Source: Camelus ferus (Eukaryota). Taken from it: 64,000 nucleotides of DNA. Numbering within the stretch: position 1 is the first letter of the stretch; every line of letters starts with the position of its first letter. Shown here piece after piece: positions 11,779 through 25,899 of the stretch. The translations under genes were made by a program, and so were the position numbers. Location: the NCBI RefSeq assembly GCF_009834535.1, contig NC_045697.1:84012001-84076000 (forward strand). The letters run 5' to 3'. The notes beneath the pieces are model-generated. The model searched no databases, was not told the origin of the DNA, and saw only the letters and a list, made by a program, of their open reading frames with translations.

Positions 11779-14700
11779 CTTTTCTTTCCCTCCCTCACCT
11801 TTCCCTCTCTTTTCCCTCACTGTCTCTGCCTCTGAAAGCAGGGGGAAAAAAAAAAAAAACTTTCAGAGGAGCCATGTTAGTAAAATATTCACTGAGCTTC
11901 CTGATAACTCTACAATTGACCTTTAGCTCTGACATTCCCAGACACTGGGCTTTCCAAACAAATAGCTTCCCTTTGTTGTTTGGGGTTTGCCTCAGAGCCA
12001 GTATTCTGAAAATCCTGGCTTCAGGTTTCCAAACCTAATCCTTGCTGGGTGGTAATCCATTTCAGCACACAAACAAGAAAACAAAGCTCCACTTGGTCCT
12101 TGGCCTGAGGCTCTGTGGCTTTTCTGGCTTACCTAACTAAAGGCGCAATGAGGAACCTACTTTCCGTGGTCTTTTCTAGAGGACCATTTGCCATCTGAGG
12201 AAAATGAATATAGAACAGTACCTGCTAGTTTCTATGCAAAGAGTTTCCATGTTTCCCCCCATGTTTTTGGCATAGTTCTGTATAATTCCCTTAGTTAAAC
12301 TAGCCATCTCCTCAAGAAATCATAAGCTATACAGCAATTTAAGTAAAGTTTATAACACCAGAGCCTCTATGGCAGTATTCCCTTTGACTTGGTTTTGAAA
12401 AACCTTATACCTTAAAAAAATGTGGAGTCTACTTAAAACATGGACCTATCCATGCACTTTTAACCTTTGTTAGAGAATGTGGTGTAATGAAGATACACAG
12501 CTAATCCATAAAATATCTAATTTTGGTGAAAAATATGTAACATCCAAATAAGATAACCTAATGTTCTTGGTTATTGGTTTCCAAAGACTGTTGAACATTT
12601 CCTTGTTTGGCCTTGGAGGAATTTGCTCTGGGATTTCAGCCTGGCCCTTGACTTGCTGAAAGACTACAGATTTACATCAAAGCAAGTAGGCTGGGAACAA
12701 AGCAACTAGTGAAAATGAAAGTAAGAAGTCTTGAGCCCCAGGCTTAGTTTGTGTTCTTTAGGGAGGGAAGATAGTGCTGCTGGGGTCAGGAGAAAGTCAC
12801 TGGCGGCCCTTGTGCTTGCTAATGCCAAGCAGACCTCCTGATCCAGATAGATCAACGAAGTCCAAAGGCGAAATGTTTCGATGTAACTGTTACAGCAGGG
12901 TCCTGGCTTCACTGAGATGCTGCTTATATAAATGCTTTGCCATTTAACCATTTCCCCTCATGCTGACATTCCCAATTCAGTAGGGAAAGTGAGTGAGAAA
13001 ATTTCCAGCTTGAAGCCCAAGCTTTGGAAGATCACAACTAAGAAAGCATAGACAGCCAATTCTGATCTCGCTTAGTAACATGATACCGTGCTGGAACATG
13101 CCAGGAAGGAAAGGGGACCAGGTTTGTGTGGGTTTGCTGAGGTTGAAAGAGCAGTGTCTTCTACTTAGTCCTGGGGCTGAGGTTAGGGAGTGGCACTACT
13201 TTTGAAGATCATGAAGTATATATTGATTTGCCAGAGGTAGACACATTTTAAAAACTTCAAATGTGTGATATTACAGAGTTTGTTTTCTCCTCACCTCTTG
13301 AAAGGAAACTTGCAGAGACAAGATCGGAGCAATTTTGAACACTACTGCTTTTTCCAAGTTACGATTCCTAGACCTGTGTGGCAAAATTAAAAACAGTAGA
13401 ATGAGAGGAATGAGGAGACCACTGTTCTGATTATAGCTTAGCTTCTATCCAGTTGAGAGAATCCAGCAACTTTTCCAGGTCCGTTAAAAAGAGGGGCATG
13501 GATCTCTAGTTGACCTCAAGGGCTCTTGCACCTCTTAAATTCAATGCTAATATAAACATAGCACTCTGTCTCTGATAGGTTGCCACAATTTTAATATCTC
13601 CTACAACATACAGGTAAATTGTAGACCAAGGTCACAATGTAGTAGTATCCTCTAAAACATTTTTCTTTTATATTAAGTTGAACTACAAGTCTCTGAATTG
13701 CTATATAGATACCTCATTGTACTTTGTAAACATTCTATATGGCTCCAAAAATGCATCTGAGACACAAAAATGTATTGTCTTTCTAAACCACTTACATATG
13801 TAGTGTTTAAAATGGAAAACACAGTTGTATGGAAATACAACGTTTTTCTCCAGATTGTAATAAAAGGTTTATGCGATGGATGAACAGCGCTTTCACTGCC
13901 CTCTGCTGCTCTAAGGAGAACATTGGATTTGGAAAGCCTAGTCTTACATCTGATTGGGGAAGGCCAACTTTTCATTTATGGTCATTATTATTAATGCTTG
14001 CTGGCACCGTCCAAATGTAACACTATCTGACTTAGAAAGTCCCAACAGTGAAGTAGCCAATGGCCTGAAACCAAATAAGCACTATGTTCTTGTGAGTCAG
14101 GATTTTCTAAAGACTCCTGGGGTTTTATTAGTTCTGAGTGTTCTTCCTACAAGATCACTAATATGTAGAAATAGCTGTTTATTTAGAAGTTGATTATAGG
14201 GTGTTTTTTAAAAAATCAGTTATTTCTCAAAACATGAACGGTTAATAGAAATAGCAATAAAACTGATCTTAGATGAAAACCTTGCTTCTTTAAAAAGGAG
14301 AGTGAAGCTTAATAGAATTGCCTTGTGGGAATGTTCTACTGTTTACATTTAAATATTGGGTGCTTAGCATGAGAAAAAGATTAAATGCTTTTATAGTTTC
14401 AATTTTGTCTTCATCTACTTTTAATTAACAATTATATGTCATTTCTGTCCATTCTCTAAGGGTTCTGTTTAATAATGACAGCAAAAGCTAATAACTGACA
14501 TTCATAAGGCTTCCTGGAGATGTACTTGTAATTTGTATTCATTAATCACCAAGCAGAAGATTTTACCTGAAATCTATTTTACTCCTGAATTATAAATTAT
14601 CAACAGATTTCGTTTATTTAACAATTATTTAACTGGCTAGGAGTCAGTAAAACTATTTGGCAAGTTAGTTTGCTTGGTTATTAAGAGTGTGTTTTGAAAA

Positions 14701-15418
14701 CACAAGGAATACTCAAGGGGCTTTGCCTGAAGTCCTCAGATGCCACATGAGGAAAACACAGGAAATTATTGCTCAATGTTAAAATTAAATGCTTTTGATA
14801 AAGATTTCCATTTTGTGGTGGTTAAGGCAGGCATTTAGTTACATTTTCTTGAACATTTTTTCAGGGTTAAGTTAATGAGGTCATAGTGTAAGATGTGCCT
14901 TTCCGTTATATGAGCTCTGAATGGAAACACCAAACTTCTTGAGAATCTTAGCCAAGTCCAGTCTGTCTCCATTGCCACCTCCACCCTCCAATTTGGGAGC
15001 AGAGTATCCTTCTATCTGGGCAACTTTTTTCAGTCTCCTCCATCCTACAGTCAACATGGTTCTTCACCTAGTGGCATCACAGGAACATGGCAGGAAGTTT
15101 AACATCTAACCACAGTCTATCCGTACTTACCACAAATTGGGTTGGCGCTAGCCAGTCTAAACTAAGGAATATTTTAATAAAAGATTCCATAATATTAATT
15201 GTTTTCATACAGTGAACATACTGTGAAATTCTGGGGGCAATAATGAATTATCTTCATCTCCCCCTTTTAATCTCTGAATGAATTAGACTAAAGTTAGACT
15301 GAGGTTAAAAAAAAAATCAGCTTTATTATTGGTAAAGTTGGCTTAGAGAACGTGGTTTGACTTATGAGCACATCAGTATTTCCATAGGTTCCCTTCATCT
15401 TGGAAGCATTTGCAAGTG

Positions 15419-15480
15419 CAAAAACAAACAAAACAAAACAAAACAAAACAAACAAAACAAACAAAAAAAAAAACAACAAA
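15419..15480 (+). repeat. (CAAAA)n/(CAAA)n microsatellite
   Basis: caaaaacaaacaaaacaaaacaaaacaaaacaaacaaaacaaacaaaaaaaaaaacaacaaa. Confidence 0.9.
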
Positions 15481-17184
15481 CCCTGTTCTACCTAGGAGAG
15501 TTCTGGTACACAGTAGATGCTTTATAATTCCTTGCCAATAAATGAACAAATGAAGCAAAGTCCAAAAAGTTACTTCTGCTTTCCTCAGAGGAACTTCAAT
15601 ATAAATTCCAGAGTACATGGAATACTTTCATTTGTCTTGACCCCCAATGACCCTTTGCCTCTTTGGACTGCCAAGCTGCTAGCATGGCACTCTCAGGGGT
15701 GGCAGAAAGCTGAAGTGGCCTTCAGACTGAGCACTTCTAGTGCCAGTGAGATGTCCTGTCAGCACCTTTTCCTCTCTCCTCCGCTCCCTTCATCTTAAAA
15801 TACATGTTATTCTCTGATGTGAAAATGGATACATTTAATTTCTGAGATTTTCTCAGTGCCTTAGGCCAGCTGTTTTGGCTCAAGTATGATTAGTTTAAAC
15901 ACCAGCTGCTGTTTAGTAACTTACTCTAATCAATCAACAGATATTTATTATGTGCCTGTTAAGCAGAAAGCAAAGAAAAATGTGAAATAAACTCCTGACT
16001 GAAGAACAGGGAGCGAGTCCCTGCTGATGGTTGTGTTTTGCCAGTGTTTTCAAGGCAGCAGAGGACTGAAATGCATATCTCAAATGTTCAAGGCTTAGAG
16101 TAGCACTCACACAATCCATTTTCCTTTTAGGTTTTTATCTTGAAATTGTTAATTTTACTCCACAGTAAAGGTGGACGGGACAATGTCACTTGGACCTGAA
16201 ATTAGAATGGTTCTTCCTTTTAGGGAACTAACATTTATTAAGTTAGGCTAAAGTAGCACTTCCTTTAGGGAATTAACATAATATTAGATTAAAGTTAATT
16301 GGCCTCTGGTGGTAGGCCTCCTGACTCACCCATTCACAGGTCCAGAAAGCTGGCAGGAAGAACAGAAGCGAGCTGACTGTACCTGGGTCAAGTTTGCTTA
16401 TTACTTCCTGGACCATGAAGCACAAGTGAGCTCACCGCCCATGAGCACAGCCCGTCCAAGACGGTAAGAGAAAGGATTGGCCATCACTAACTTTCCAATT
16501 CAATGACCACAGCCTTTGGAAAAATCATGGCTCAATGGCTTTCAGGCTCTTCACCAATCAAATTAGCTACTCTTCCCAGTGGAGAAGTGACAGGAGACAT
16601 CCGGAAGTGTTACATTGTCCCACCTGTGAGGCAAATGGACGTTTCCTCTTTTGAGAAAGAACGAAGAAGAGAATAAAGGTCTCCTCAACACCAAATTATT
16701 CTACAAGGGCAGACCTCACAGGGCAGTCGCTATGACCGTCATAGTGCTCTGCTGATTGTCCCGAACACCACTGCAGGTTGACGTGTAGAACTCTATTTAA
16801 TCACTACATAAATTCTGATGTAAGAATTATTTTAACTTCTCACTGAGACCCTCATCAGAACATAAAAGAAGGAAAGAAAGAAGAATGAATATTTACCATA
16901 AATACAGAAAGAGATCTGAGCCTGCAAGCAAAATCTGATCCTCTTTTGTTTCCCATTTGGGAAAATAAAACTATATATATATATTTTTTTTTCTTTCCCC
17001 CTCCCTTTCCCAAAATGCAGGAGCTAATTTGTCTGAAGTAACTCATAAGGTAGCCTAGCAAATCTGTCTCATGTTTGATTCTGATTTCTTTCCATCACTT
17101 ATAGCATTCCTCTCCTAGGATTGTTGTCAGGTTTAAAGAAATATAGTTGAAAATGTTTTGCCCAGTGCCTAACATTTTAAGTCA

Positions 17185-17335
17185 CACATCTCTGGGTTTG
17201 AATCCTGGCTGTCTCATGTACTAGCTCTGTGACCTTGGACAAGCCACTACTATCTCTCTGAGGCTAAGTTTATTTTTCATCACACGGTGGGTGCTTATTA
17301 ATTTTAGTCCCTTTCCTTCAAATGTTAGAAATGAA
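17185..17335 (+). mobile_element. MIR SINE
   Basis: ctgggtttgaatcctggct...tagctctgtgaccttggacaagccac...ctctctgaggctaagttt. Confidence 0.8.
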
Positions 17336-18829
17336 TTAAATATCATGGAATCAGAAGTATATACTTCATAAGCTGGCTGTCCCCTCCATCTTCCATTTTG
17401 TCTCTCCATCCACACCATTTTTTTGCAGGCAACAAATGTAGTAGAAAATATTTGAACCATTGAGTGAAACAGTCATAATTTTTAATTTCTGTTCTACCAT
17501 TCATTAGCTATGTGATCATGGGTAAATCATCTAAAAGGTCTCATCTTATTACTGTGCTAAAAATTTTATCACAACGAGGAGAGGCCAAAATTCAGACTCG
17601 TATCTGAAAGAAGAGAATTATAGTACATCAACTATCATATTTTTTCCTGCATTTTAGAAAGTAGTTTATATATTATAGGAGGTCTTTATATCTTCAACGA
17701 TTCATTCACTTGTAAGGTATACCTGTGCACTACATTTGTGTGCATGCAGACATACACACACACACACGCAAACGCAACCACGCTCACAAAGAGGTCCGCT
17801 TCCTTCCAGGGTGCTTCCAATTTCTTTGGGAAAGCCACAGCACAGTGCCAATGATAACTGGAAATCTCTGTTACTATGATGAGTGAGGATGGCCAACACC
17901 AAAAAATTTCCCTTCATCAAATGTAAACATGTGTCCTGCCAAGTACTTTCCACTTACTTTTTAAGCTTCATGTTTTTCATTGGAAATTTAATCCATGTGT
18001 GCTGAGTTATTTATTGAACTCAGAATACTATTGGGCAAATGCCAGTTCGTATCCAAAAAATTCCCTCCTCACAAAAGAACCCACCATAAATAGCCACATT
18101 TTTCTTCCTTCCTTTTATTTTTTTAACCAAAATTTTGAATTTTAATTAGGATCAGAACTAAAAGAAGCCTAGTTTGGTCCTGAAGTTACATACAAGTTAT
18201 ACTGACTACACCCATCACTAGTCTCTGAACATACACTGAAATAAGCAATCTGCCATCACTCAGACATATTAAAAAAATAAATTGTATATTGACGTGTTTT
18301 CAGATTCCTCTTCACAGAAAGGGAAGTCAGGTATTAACTGTTCCCACTCTACGGCTGAGGACACTGACTTAGAAGCAGTCAACAACTTGCTTATCTTGGT
18401 CACCTGACCTACATTGTGGAGAGGAAAATTGAACACAGCTGAGTTAAACTCAGATTATTATTACATTTGATCTAAGAAAAGGGGCATTCTGCAACACCTC
18501 CTGGGGGAGAATACATTTTAGTGCCCAAAGGGTATCTTGGCAGCAGCCAGGGCAGCTTTCCTCAGTGGGATGAGGTGGGAGGTGCTCGCACAGGTGCTGT
18601 ATCATCAGTCTCATGCACTAGAGAGTCCACGCTGAGGCAGAGAGGTGGGCTTTTTTTTTTTTTTTTAAAGCCAAGTTGTACTACAGGTTCTGTTATTTAT
18701 GAATAGTCCAGTCCATCTGTAATTCCCCTGCCCGTCATGGCCCTGGCTCAGCGAGGACCAGCCCCAGAAGATTGTGTGACCCTCTTGCCAGATTAGGTCT
18801 GAATTCCCATAGAGTCCCCTCATCAATAT

Positions 18830-19515
18830 TTATGACTCTACTCCCTCGTGTGTTCCAAATCGATGTTTCGTCCCTGTCCTCTCATTCGCCTTCTACTCTG
18901 ACTTCAGCAATTCAGCTGATTTCAACACGTCTCTCTGCTTGAATACGTGCTAACAACGTATTCAAATATAATCAAGTGTTATTGCCGAAACACGTTAGAA
19001 AGAGAGCTGGGGTTTTAGGCTCCTTTCCCCAATATTTTGATTCCCCTTCCTAGATTTTGTTGCTTCTACCAATGATTCCACCATAATTACGAATTTGCCG
19101 TCATTCTTGATTTCTGCTTCTCTATAAATCCAGTCTCTCACTGAGTCTATAGTTTTGTTTCCCATGTGTCTCTTATCTCCTAACTATGGGTTGTTACAGA
19201 TAAATTCCATTCTAGGCTCTCATCACTTCATATTTGTACAACTTTAGTGGTTTCCTAGTTTCCCTGCCTTCAGTCTTCTCCTGCCCAGTCCATCCTGCTC
19301 CAGTAATAATTTCTCATCACTACTGGGTTATATCCAAGTGTCTCATACTGGATTTAAAACTGCTTTTAATGTGGTTCCACCTCACTAATCCACTGTGCTT
19401 TCAACGACCTGTCTCACACACCCTCCCACCCTTGTTAGGTCAAGCTCTGCACCTCCGAAAAACACTATGCTTTTTCCCACCACTGTTCTGTTGTACTTAC
19501 ACTATGGGTCACACA
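18830..19515 (+). mobile_element. Diverged L2 fragments
   Basis: Pyrimidine-rich L2-like phrases (ctaggctctcatcacttc...tttcctagtttccctgccttcagtcttctcc...ccagtccatcc). Boundaries approximate. Confidence 0.5.
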
Positions 19516-19521
19516 TAGCCC

Positions 19522-20110
19522 AGTTACAGGACTAAAGGAGCTGGACAAAAACCTGCACATGGAATGATAAATAATTTGGGAGCTAGATTCCCAAATCTAT
19601 CCAGTACTAGTACGAGAAGGAAGACAAGTGTAACAAGTGGAATAGAGTCTGGGACAAACATGGGAACAGAAAATTGGGGATAGTCTGAGCAAGCAGTTCC
19701 TCTCAGGAAAAGCCAGACTTCAAGAGTGGGGAATGGACTAGTGTACGGATGACAGGCAGAGATGAAGGATCCAAGATAGCCATTCTGAGGAACGTAGGGA
19801 TACAGACAGCACCTGGGATGTCTACTAACAGGTGGTAGTAGAATCCAAGCATTCGGGCGAAATCCCAAAACAGGATTTCCATCCTGGGAAGAGGAGGCGG
19901 TATGACAAGGGCAAGAAAAGACTCCCATCTCAGAAGAGCTGGGTTTTCATGCAGTTTATTGAGGGCAGCATAAGTCACAAAGAGTAAAACAAGTAGGAAG
20001 ACAGTTACAAGATTGGTTCTCTAGAACAAAGCAGAATCTTGTGAAAACTGGGTCACCCAAGCAAAACTGGCCAGCATCAAGTGACCTAGTCCTATGCCCT
20101 GCAAAATACA
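19522..20110 (-). mobile_element. Possible old LTR-like insertion, family unassigned
   Basis: Abrupt compositional block between L2 and MIR fragments. It begins agttacagg, ends ...ccctgcaaaataca, and has a minus-strand AATAAA (tttatt at 19955-19960). Confidence 0.3.
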
Positions 20111-20149
20111 AGGCTAAGAATATGTGTTTCAGAGCCTCAGAAGGAATCT

Positions 20150-20305
20150 GCTATAGTAAAAGACTTTGGACTTGAATTTCATTCTTCTGCCACTAGCTAT
20201 ATGATTGTGCGCAAGTCCCTTAACTTTTTGAGCCTTGATTTCTTATACGTAAAAACGGGGGAAATTATAAATATTTTACAGATTTCATATGATGATTAAA
20301 TAAAG
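20150..20305 (+). mobile_element. MIR SINE
   Basis: ctgccactagctatatgattgtgcgcaagtcccttaactttttgagccttgatttcttatacgtaaaa. Confidence 0.75.
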
Positions 20306-22094
20306 TGCATGCTTTGGCGCCTCTCATTTAATGATAGGCTCGCTGCCCCTCTATCAGAGCTTCTGAAATCCCTCCTGCCCAAGAAAAGGACTGACCCTAG
20401 TGGCTGAGATCCAGCCATTCCACAGATGGCAGGGAAGAACCCAGAGGCGCAGAGGCAAGAAATCAGGGAAGGCTGGATGCTGGGATGCCTCCCTTCCCCC
20501 ACCTCTCCTCCTATCTCTGTCAATCCTGAACATGACTCATTCCCAACACACCCCACGTTTTCTGTGAAGCCAACTCTGTTCCAAGGATGTCTCCGTTCTT
20601 TTAGCTCCTTTTGAACAGGCATCTTGCTAATTAGTACTTGATCGCTTATAGTACTACAATCCCAGTTTAGACTTCTTTCAAGTATCCATAAGGTTCGTGG
20701 CATTGCCATTTGTAATTTTGCAAAGTTGTAACTTTCACTTAGGAGTTCTGTAAAGCTGGTTTGAGGTAGTGGGTCACTGGCCAAGAGAGTGAACCCAGAA
20801 AATCAGCCCCCACTGTAGTCCGACATACCTTTGATGACATCAAGTCATTGCTGCATGAATATTTTATGGGGAAATTATATGCTATTGTGGAATCTGAGGA
20901 TTGGGAATTTTCTAAATTCTCTGGACTCATCCTTGATTAATTTCAGTGGCCTACAAGATGACAGTTTATTGATTTTTAGTTGCCTCTTGTGCTTTAGCCA
21001 GCTTTGCTCAACTAAATTTCCAGCCTATGAATGAGCTGTCTCTTCTTTCTCTTGGTTCCCCCCAAATTTAGCCCAAAGTTGCTTTCATAGTGAGTATTCA
21101 ACCTGCAGTTGTTGGAAATGATTCAATGACTACATCTTGTTGCCATTTTAATTTTTGTAATTCTAGATAGTCATTCTCTTCAGTTGTCCAGTTACAGCTG
21201 ACATAAAATATTTTCCCTAGCACAATAAAAAAGAGAAGTAAAATATAAAAGAATTGAGTTTAATACTCATTTTTTTTTTTTTTACAAGAAAAGCACTACA
21301 AACCATTTGCAGGGAAATTTTGGCTACACAACATCCTTGTCACCAGTTGGCTTATGAATAATCAGGGTAATTCACAATATGTTGTTCTGTTTATGGACTA
21401 TATATCTGTATTCCAATGTGTTTTCCACTTGCTCTAATGACTTGCTGAAATGAAAAAATACTCAGCCTTTTTTACAAAGTAATGAGTGTCAATATCCAAC
21501 CACATCTCCCTGCTTCCAGATTATTAATTTTTTGCTTTCATTTTTAAATTTTTTTTTTCACTTTGGAAAATGATACAAGGACTTTATGGCTAATTATGGG
21601 TACAAATACTAATTACTAATTACTCATGACATTACTCACACACATTTAGCCCATCTCTTGAAAAGTGACTATCACCTTTTATGTGTAGGACTCTAACCTC
21701 TTCCATTTTGTATAACTTATTGTTTTACCCTGTGCAGTGACCTTGAGCTGAATTCCATTTTTCAGTAACACCCCCCCAACACACACACTCGTTCACACAC
21801 CATTGCCAATGCCATCACTCTAGCGCAAACCTTTATCATTTACACCTGGCTGACTTGGTAGTCTTCCAGAGGCAACTTTGGACTTGTCACTTTCCCTTTT
21901 AAATGCTTCCATGCTTGCGGCTGTACACCCCTTCCCCTCCCCTCAGCACAAATACAAATGTCTGCACAATATAATTCCAGCCTTCCTCTCCAGAACTGTG
22001 TTCTTCTCCCCTCCATCCTTCGCCCGCTCCACCCCCTGCAGCACACACCCTCTGCCTGCTGAGCTGTCCCCTGAGCGCTGGCTGTGCTTTCCCA

Positions 22095-22455
22095 CGCCAG
22101 AGCTTTGGCCGTGCCATTTCCGGGCTACCATGTTCTCTCTCCCCATCTCTACCTGCAGAATTTAAGTGTACACTTCAAAGCCCAGACTAAGATCAGTTTG
22201 CTCTGTAAGCCCTTTCCTGGACAAATTATCTAAAATCTCACCCTTAAGTCTTAAGCACACATTACCATGCTATGTATCTAGTAGTCACTGTTTACTGCCT
22301 TATTTTTTGTAGTTGTTTACACACATCACTTTTTACCAGATTGTATGCACTTTGTGGGCAGGGACTGTGCCTGGTCCATCTTTGTATTCCCACATTGTTT
22401 ACTTCAATGCCTTTCTTATAAATATGTGCTCAATAAATATTTCTTCACTGGATGC
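22095..22455 (+). mobile_element. L2 3' end
   Basis: gggcagggactgtgcctggtccatctttgtattccc...atgtgctcaataaatatt. Confidence 0.7.
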
Positions 22456-23709
22456 ATATTCTCTCATTATCTGTACTATATTTTCAGCACAGTAATGGGG
22501 TATCAATAGAGGCATCTATTGAGATGCATACAAATTGGATCTCAGAAATTCATGTAAGTATGAACTACAGTTTGAGCAATTACTTTCATAAATTACAGGG
22601 TCTTGATAAATGATAAATGATGGCGATATGAGAGCACCAAGAGGAAAAGAATTTTTTTCTGCACTCACTCAGCATACTGGAACAAGTGGATATTTCATGA
22701 TTCTGAGTCCCTTGGCCTGGTAAAATCAAGAGAGGAGACTGAAGCCCAACTATCACTCGTCCACACTTACATGATCTCAAGTTAAACACTACAGAGCGGA
22801 AAAAACTCTTGGTCATTGAGAAATAAAGTTGTCCATGTTTTATACTGTATTCTGTTTTTAAGCTAACTTAAAGGGAAAACTTCCTGGATGAAAACCATCA
22901 TATTACCTTTATTAATGACAGCTCCTGCTAGTAACAACACATGTCACGTATAGTATTGTAAAACCTTTCCCTCTGTTTTCTGGAAATCTTGATTTTTCAG
23001 TTCTTTTCAGTGTATTTTTCCTTTTGGGGCCCATTCAGACCTTATATCTTCCTAAGGAAAAAGTTGTTATTATATCACATATATAATATATATGAAGTAG
23101 AGATACAGATATAGATATCTTCTTCCTAAAAAAGTTGTTACTCTGCCTATGCTCCCTCGTGTTTTTTCCAGACCAGTTGTTAACTGTGATCATCCATTTT
23201 TGGCTGGATGGTTTTCCTGATAGAGTATAACCATACTTACGCACATACCACCTAGAACTGGTGTTTGCTTGGTAAGTTCTACCTAGTTCCTTCCCTGGCC
23301 TATGCCCCCCGGGAGCTGTGGGATCATAGTGATCAACAGTCCATCCTTCGTCACCCCAATTCCACCACACACATGTCATCATCCCAGAATCAGATTGGAC
23401 TCATTTTATGGGAAAGTGTTTGGACTTAGAGCCATATATTATTTTACTTAAGATTAAAAACAAGAAAAAGAACTTCACCAAGAAGTGTCACCATCACCAT
23501 TCAGCCTGTCCTGATCATAGTATAACATAGCTGGAAAATAAAGACGTATATACCAGCTGATCTAGTGGTTTTCAAATGTCGATTTATAAAATGGATCAAA
23601 GTGAGCTTGCTTTGCTTAAAGAGGGAGGGAGGAAAGGACTCTGTCCTGGCGATAGCCAGTGAGGCACACCCTCCCCACGTATCAGTCTGTAAACTACTAA
23701 TCTGAGCTA

Positions 23710-23845
23710 AAGTTCACAGTTTGCAGATGAGGAAACTGAGCCAAGATAGGTTAAGTGACACCCTTATGGTCATGTAACCAGTGTCTGGCAGAACTAGTTC
23801 TAGATCCAAGGTTACTAAGCACTGTGTTCTTTCCCACAGCACCAG
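23710..23845 (-). mobile_element. MIR SINE fragment
   Basis: tttgcagatgaggaaactgagcc...ggttaagtgac. Confidence 0.75.
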
Positions 23846-25899
23846 GTAACTGCTAAATCAAGAGCTCATTTCTACTCATTGGACTAGCCCAGTTCATCTC
23901 TGTGTCCAGCCCAAGAGCAGTGGACAAGAACTAGTGTTTTCCTAGCCGAAAAGCTCTCATTCTTGAAGGAGGTTTATAATTAACCGAAATTACCCAAAAT
24001 GCTGGAAACAATGTGGCAAATCACAAGAAACAGCACCTCATGCATTTTTAGCTGGCCCACCTGCTCCAGGATAGGCTCTCTAGCTGAGTAGCCAACAGCC
24101 CCGTAACCGACCTGCCCCACAAGCCAGCCCAGAACAACCCAGCACATTCTGAGTCTGCTCTTCCTTTTGAGGGTGGTCTACTCTGTTCTCCATCAACAGC
24201 CTGGGAAACTAATCCTAGGCATTAGAGGGCTTGATGGTGGCCAATTAGAGCAGAGTCCCCACAGAGCTACCATTACAGACCCTCCACATCAGTACCCTCC
24301 TCCACAAACCATCCTCGTGATTAATGTGATCACCATAATTGTTGGCCTCCTTTCTGAGAGTCTTGGCCACATGGGGAAGAGTTGAATGTTTTCCCTGAAT
24401 GCATTCTTTCCAAATAACTGTATGTCCTTAATTGTGGAACATGTCATGAGTTCTGATGAGGGGGTTGCCCTAGAGAAGCTGAGGATTGGCCCCAAAGGCC
24501 TAAGGGAGCCAGTCAACTCATTTCCCACAACTGTGTCCCTGCAGCCACAGGCATGAAGCCAGTTACTCTACAATTAACAAAAGTGAGCTTGTGGCTATTG
24601 CTATTGTACTTTTTACTCCTATACCTTTTGAGGGAATATTGGGAAATAAAACTTTCCTTCTCCCTCATACTCCACAGATTTGGCACATAATAATTGACTT
24701 TTTTTTTTTTTTTTTTTTTCCTGGTCAGGAGAAATGCTTAAGTCAAATGAGACTGATTGGAAACCTGGACCCCATCCAGAAAAAAATAGTTGGTTATTCT
24801 CAAACTAGACCACTTGAGGGCAATACAGCCTTAGGAGTGTGTGTGCTTTGCCCAACTAATGAGCAGCCTAAGGAGTAAACAGGCAGTGTGGGGTTTCACA
24901 TACAAACTACTGCTACGGGAATTCAGGAAATAAACCGTAAACAATGAGAAAACACTCCCTGGGCGCCATCTCCAGTTTAAGGCTGAAGGAATAAATGTCT
25001 AACTTTAAATGTACTTTGTTTTCTTACATCACGTAATTACTTGGGGCAGGCACAATATAAATCATACAAGGAGAGATTTAAAACTGGAGTACTAACTACC
25101 CCCCCCCAAAAAGTCCAAGACAGTATTAAAACAAAAAAGCCTAAACTAAAATATATCTCACAATTAACCTGGGAACAAGAGCAGGATACGTTTGCAGGTC
25201 CTATGCTCTTCTTGGGGACACATAGTTCTTCACAGCTAACATGTCCCTATTCTAAACTCTTTTAACCTATGCAAAAGTGCTGCCTCTCTGCCTTTCTTCT
25301 ATATTTTGGGAGTAAATCCAGGATGGGCAAGTGAAGATAAAGGGAGAATGGGAGGAAGGGGAGGAGGAGGAGGAAGGCATTGCACTCTGTCCTCAGAGAA
25401 TCACCAGTAATGATCTATAAGGAAATGCCTACATTTCCAAATATCTACATTTCTACATAGTAAATCACAGAGGTGCACTAATTCCACTCATCTCCCACCC
25501 CTCCCAATGAATTGTTTATACATACATTTTGGTAGTTTTCACAGGATGCTAATAAACAAATTGTAATGGATCAGCCTAGTGTGATGGAGATGTTTAAATT
25601 CTCTTTCCGAACATCACTGTGTAAACTGCCTAAATTACAGAGACCAATGACTGTCTCCCAGAAACCCATCTGGAAGGCATTTTACATCCTTCCTCTGCTT
25701 TTCTTTACGGGATACAGAAAGAACATGAGAGTTCTTGAATACATTTCCCAGATTATTCAAAGAGGCCAGACTCTTACTTCCAGCACAATTATTTTGCGAT
25801 TTTGACAGTGGGGAACAAACTTCCAAAAAGAAACTCATTCTCTCTCAAGCATGAAGTACATTGCTGACAGGGCCAAGGTGTTTAGGTGTGAACTCCTTG

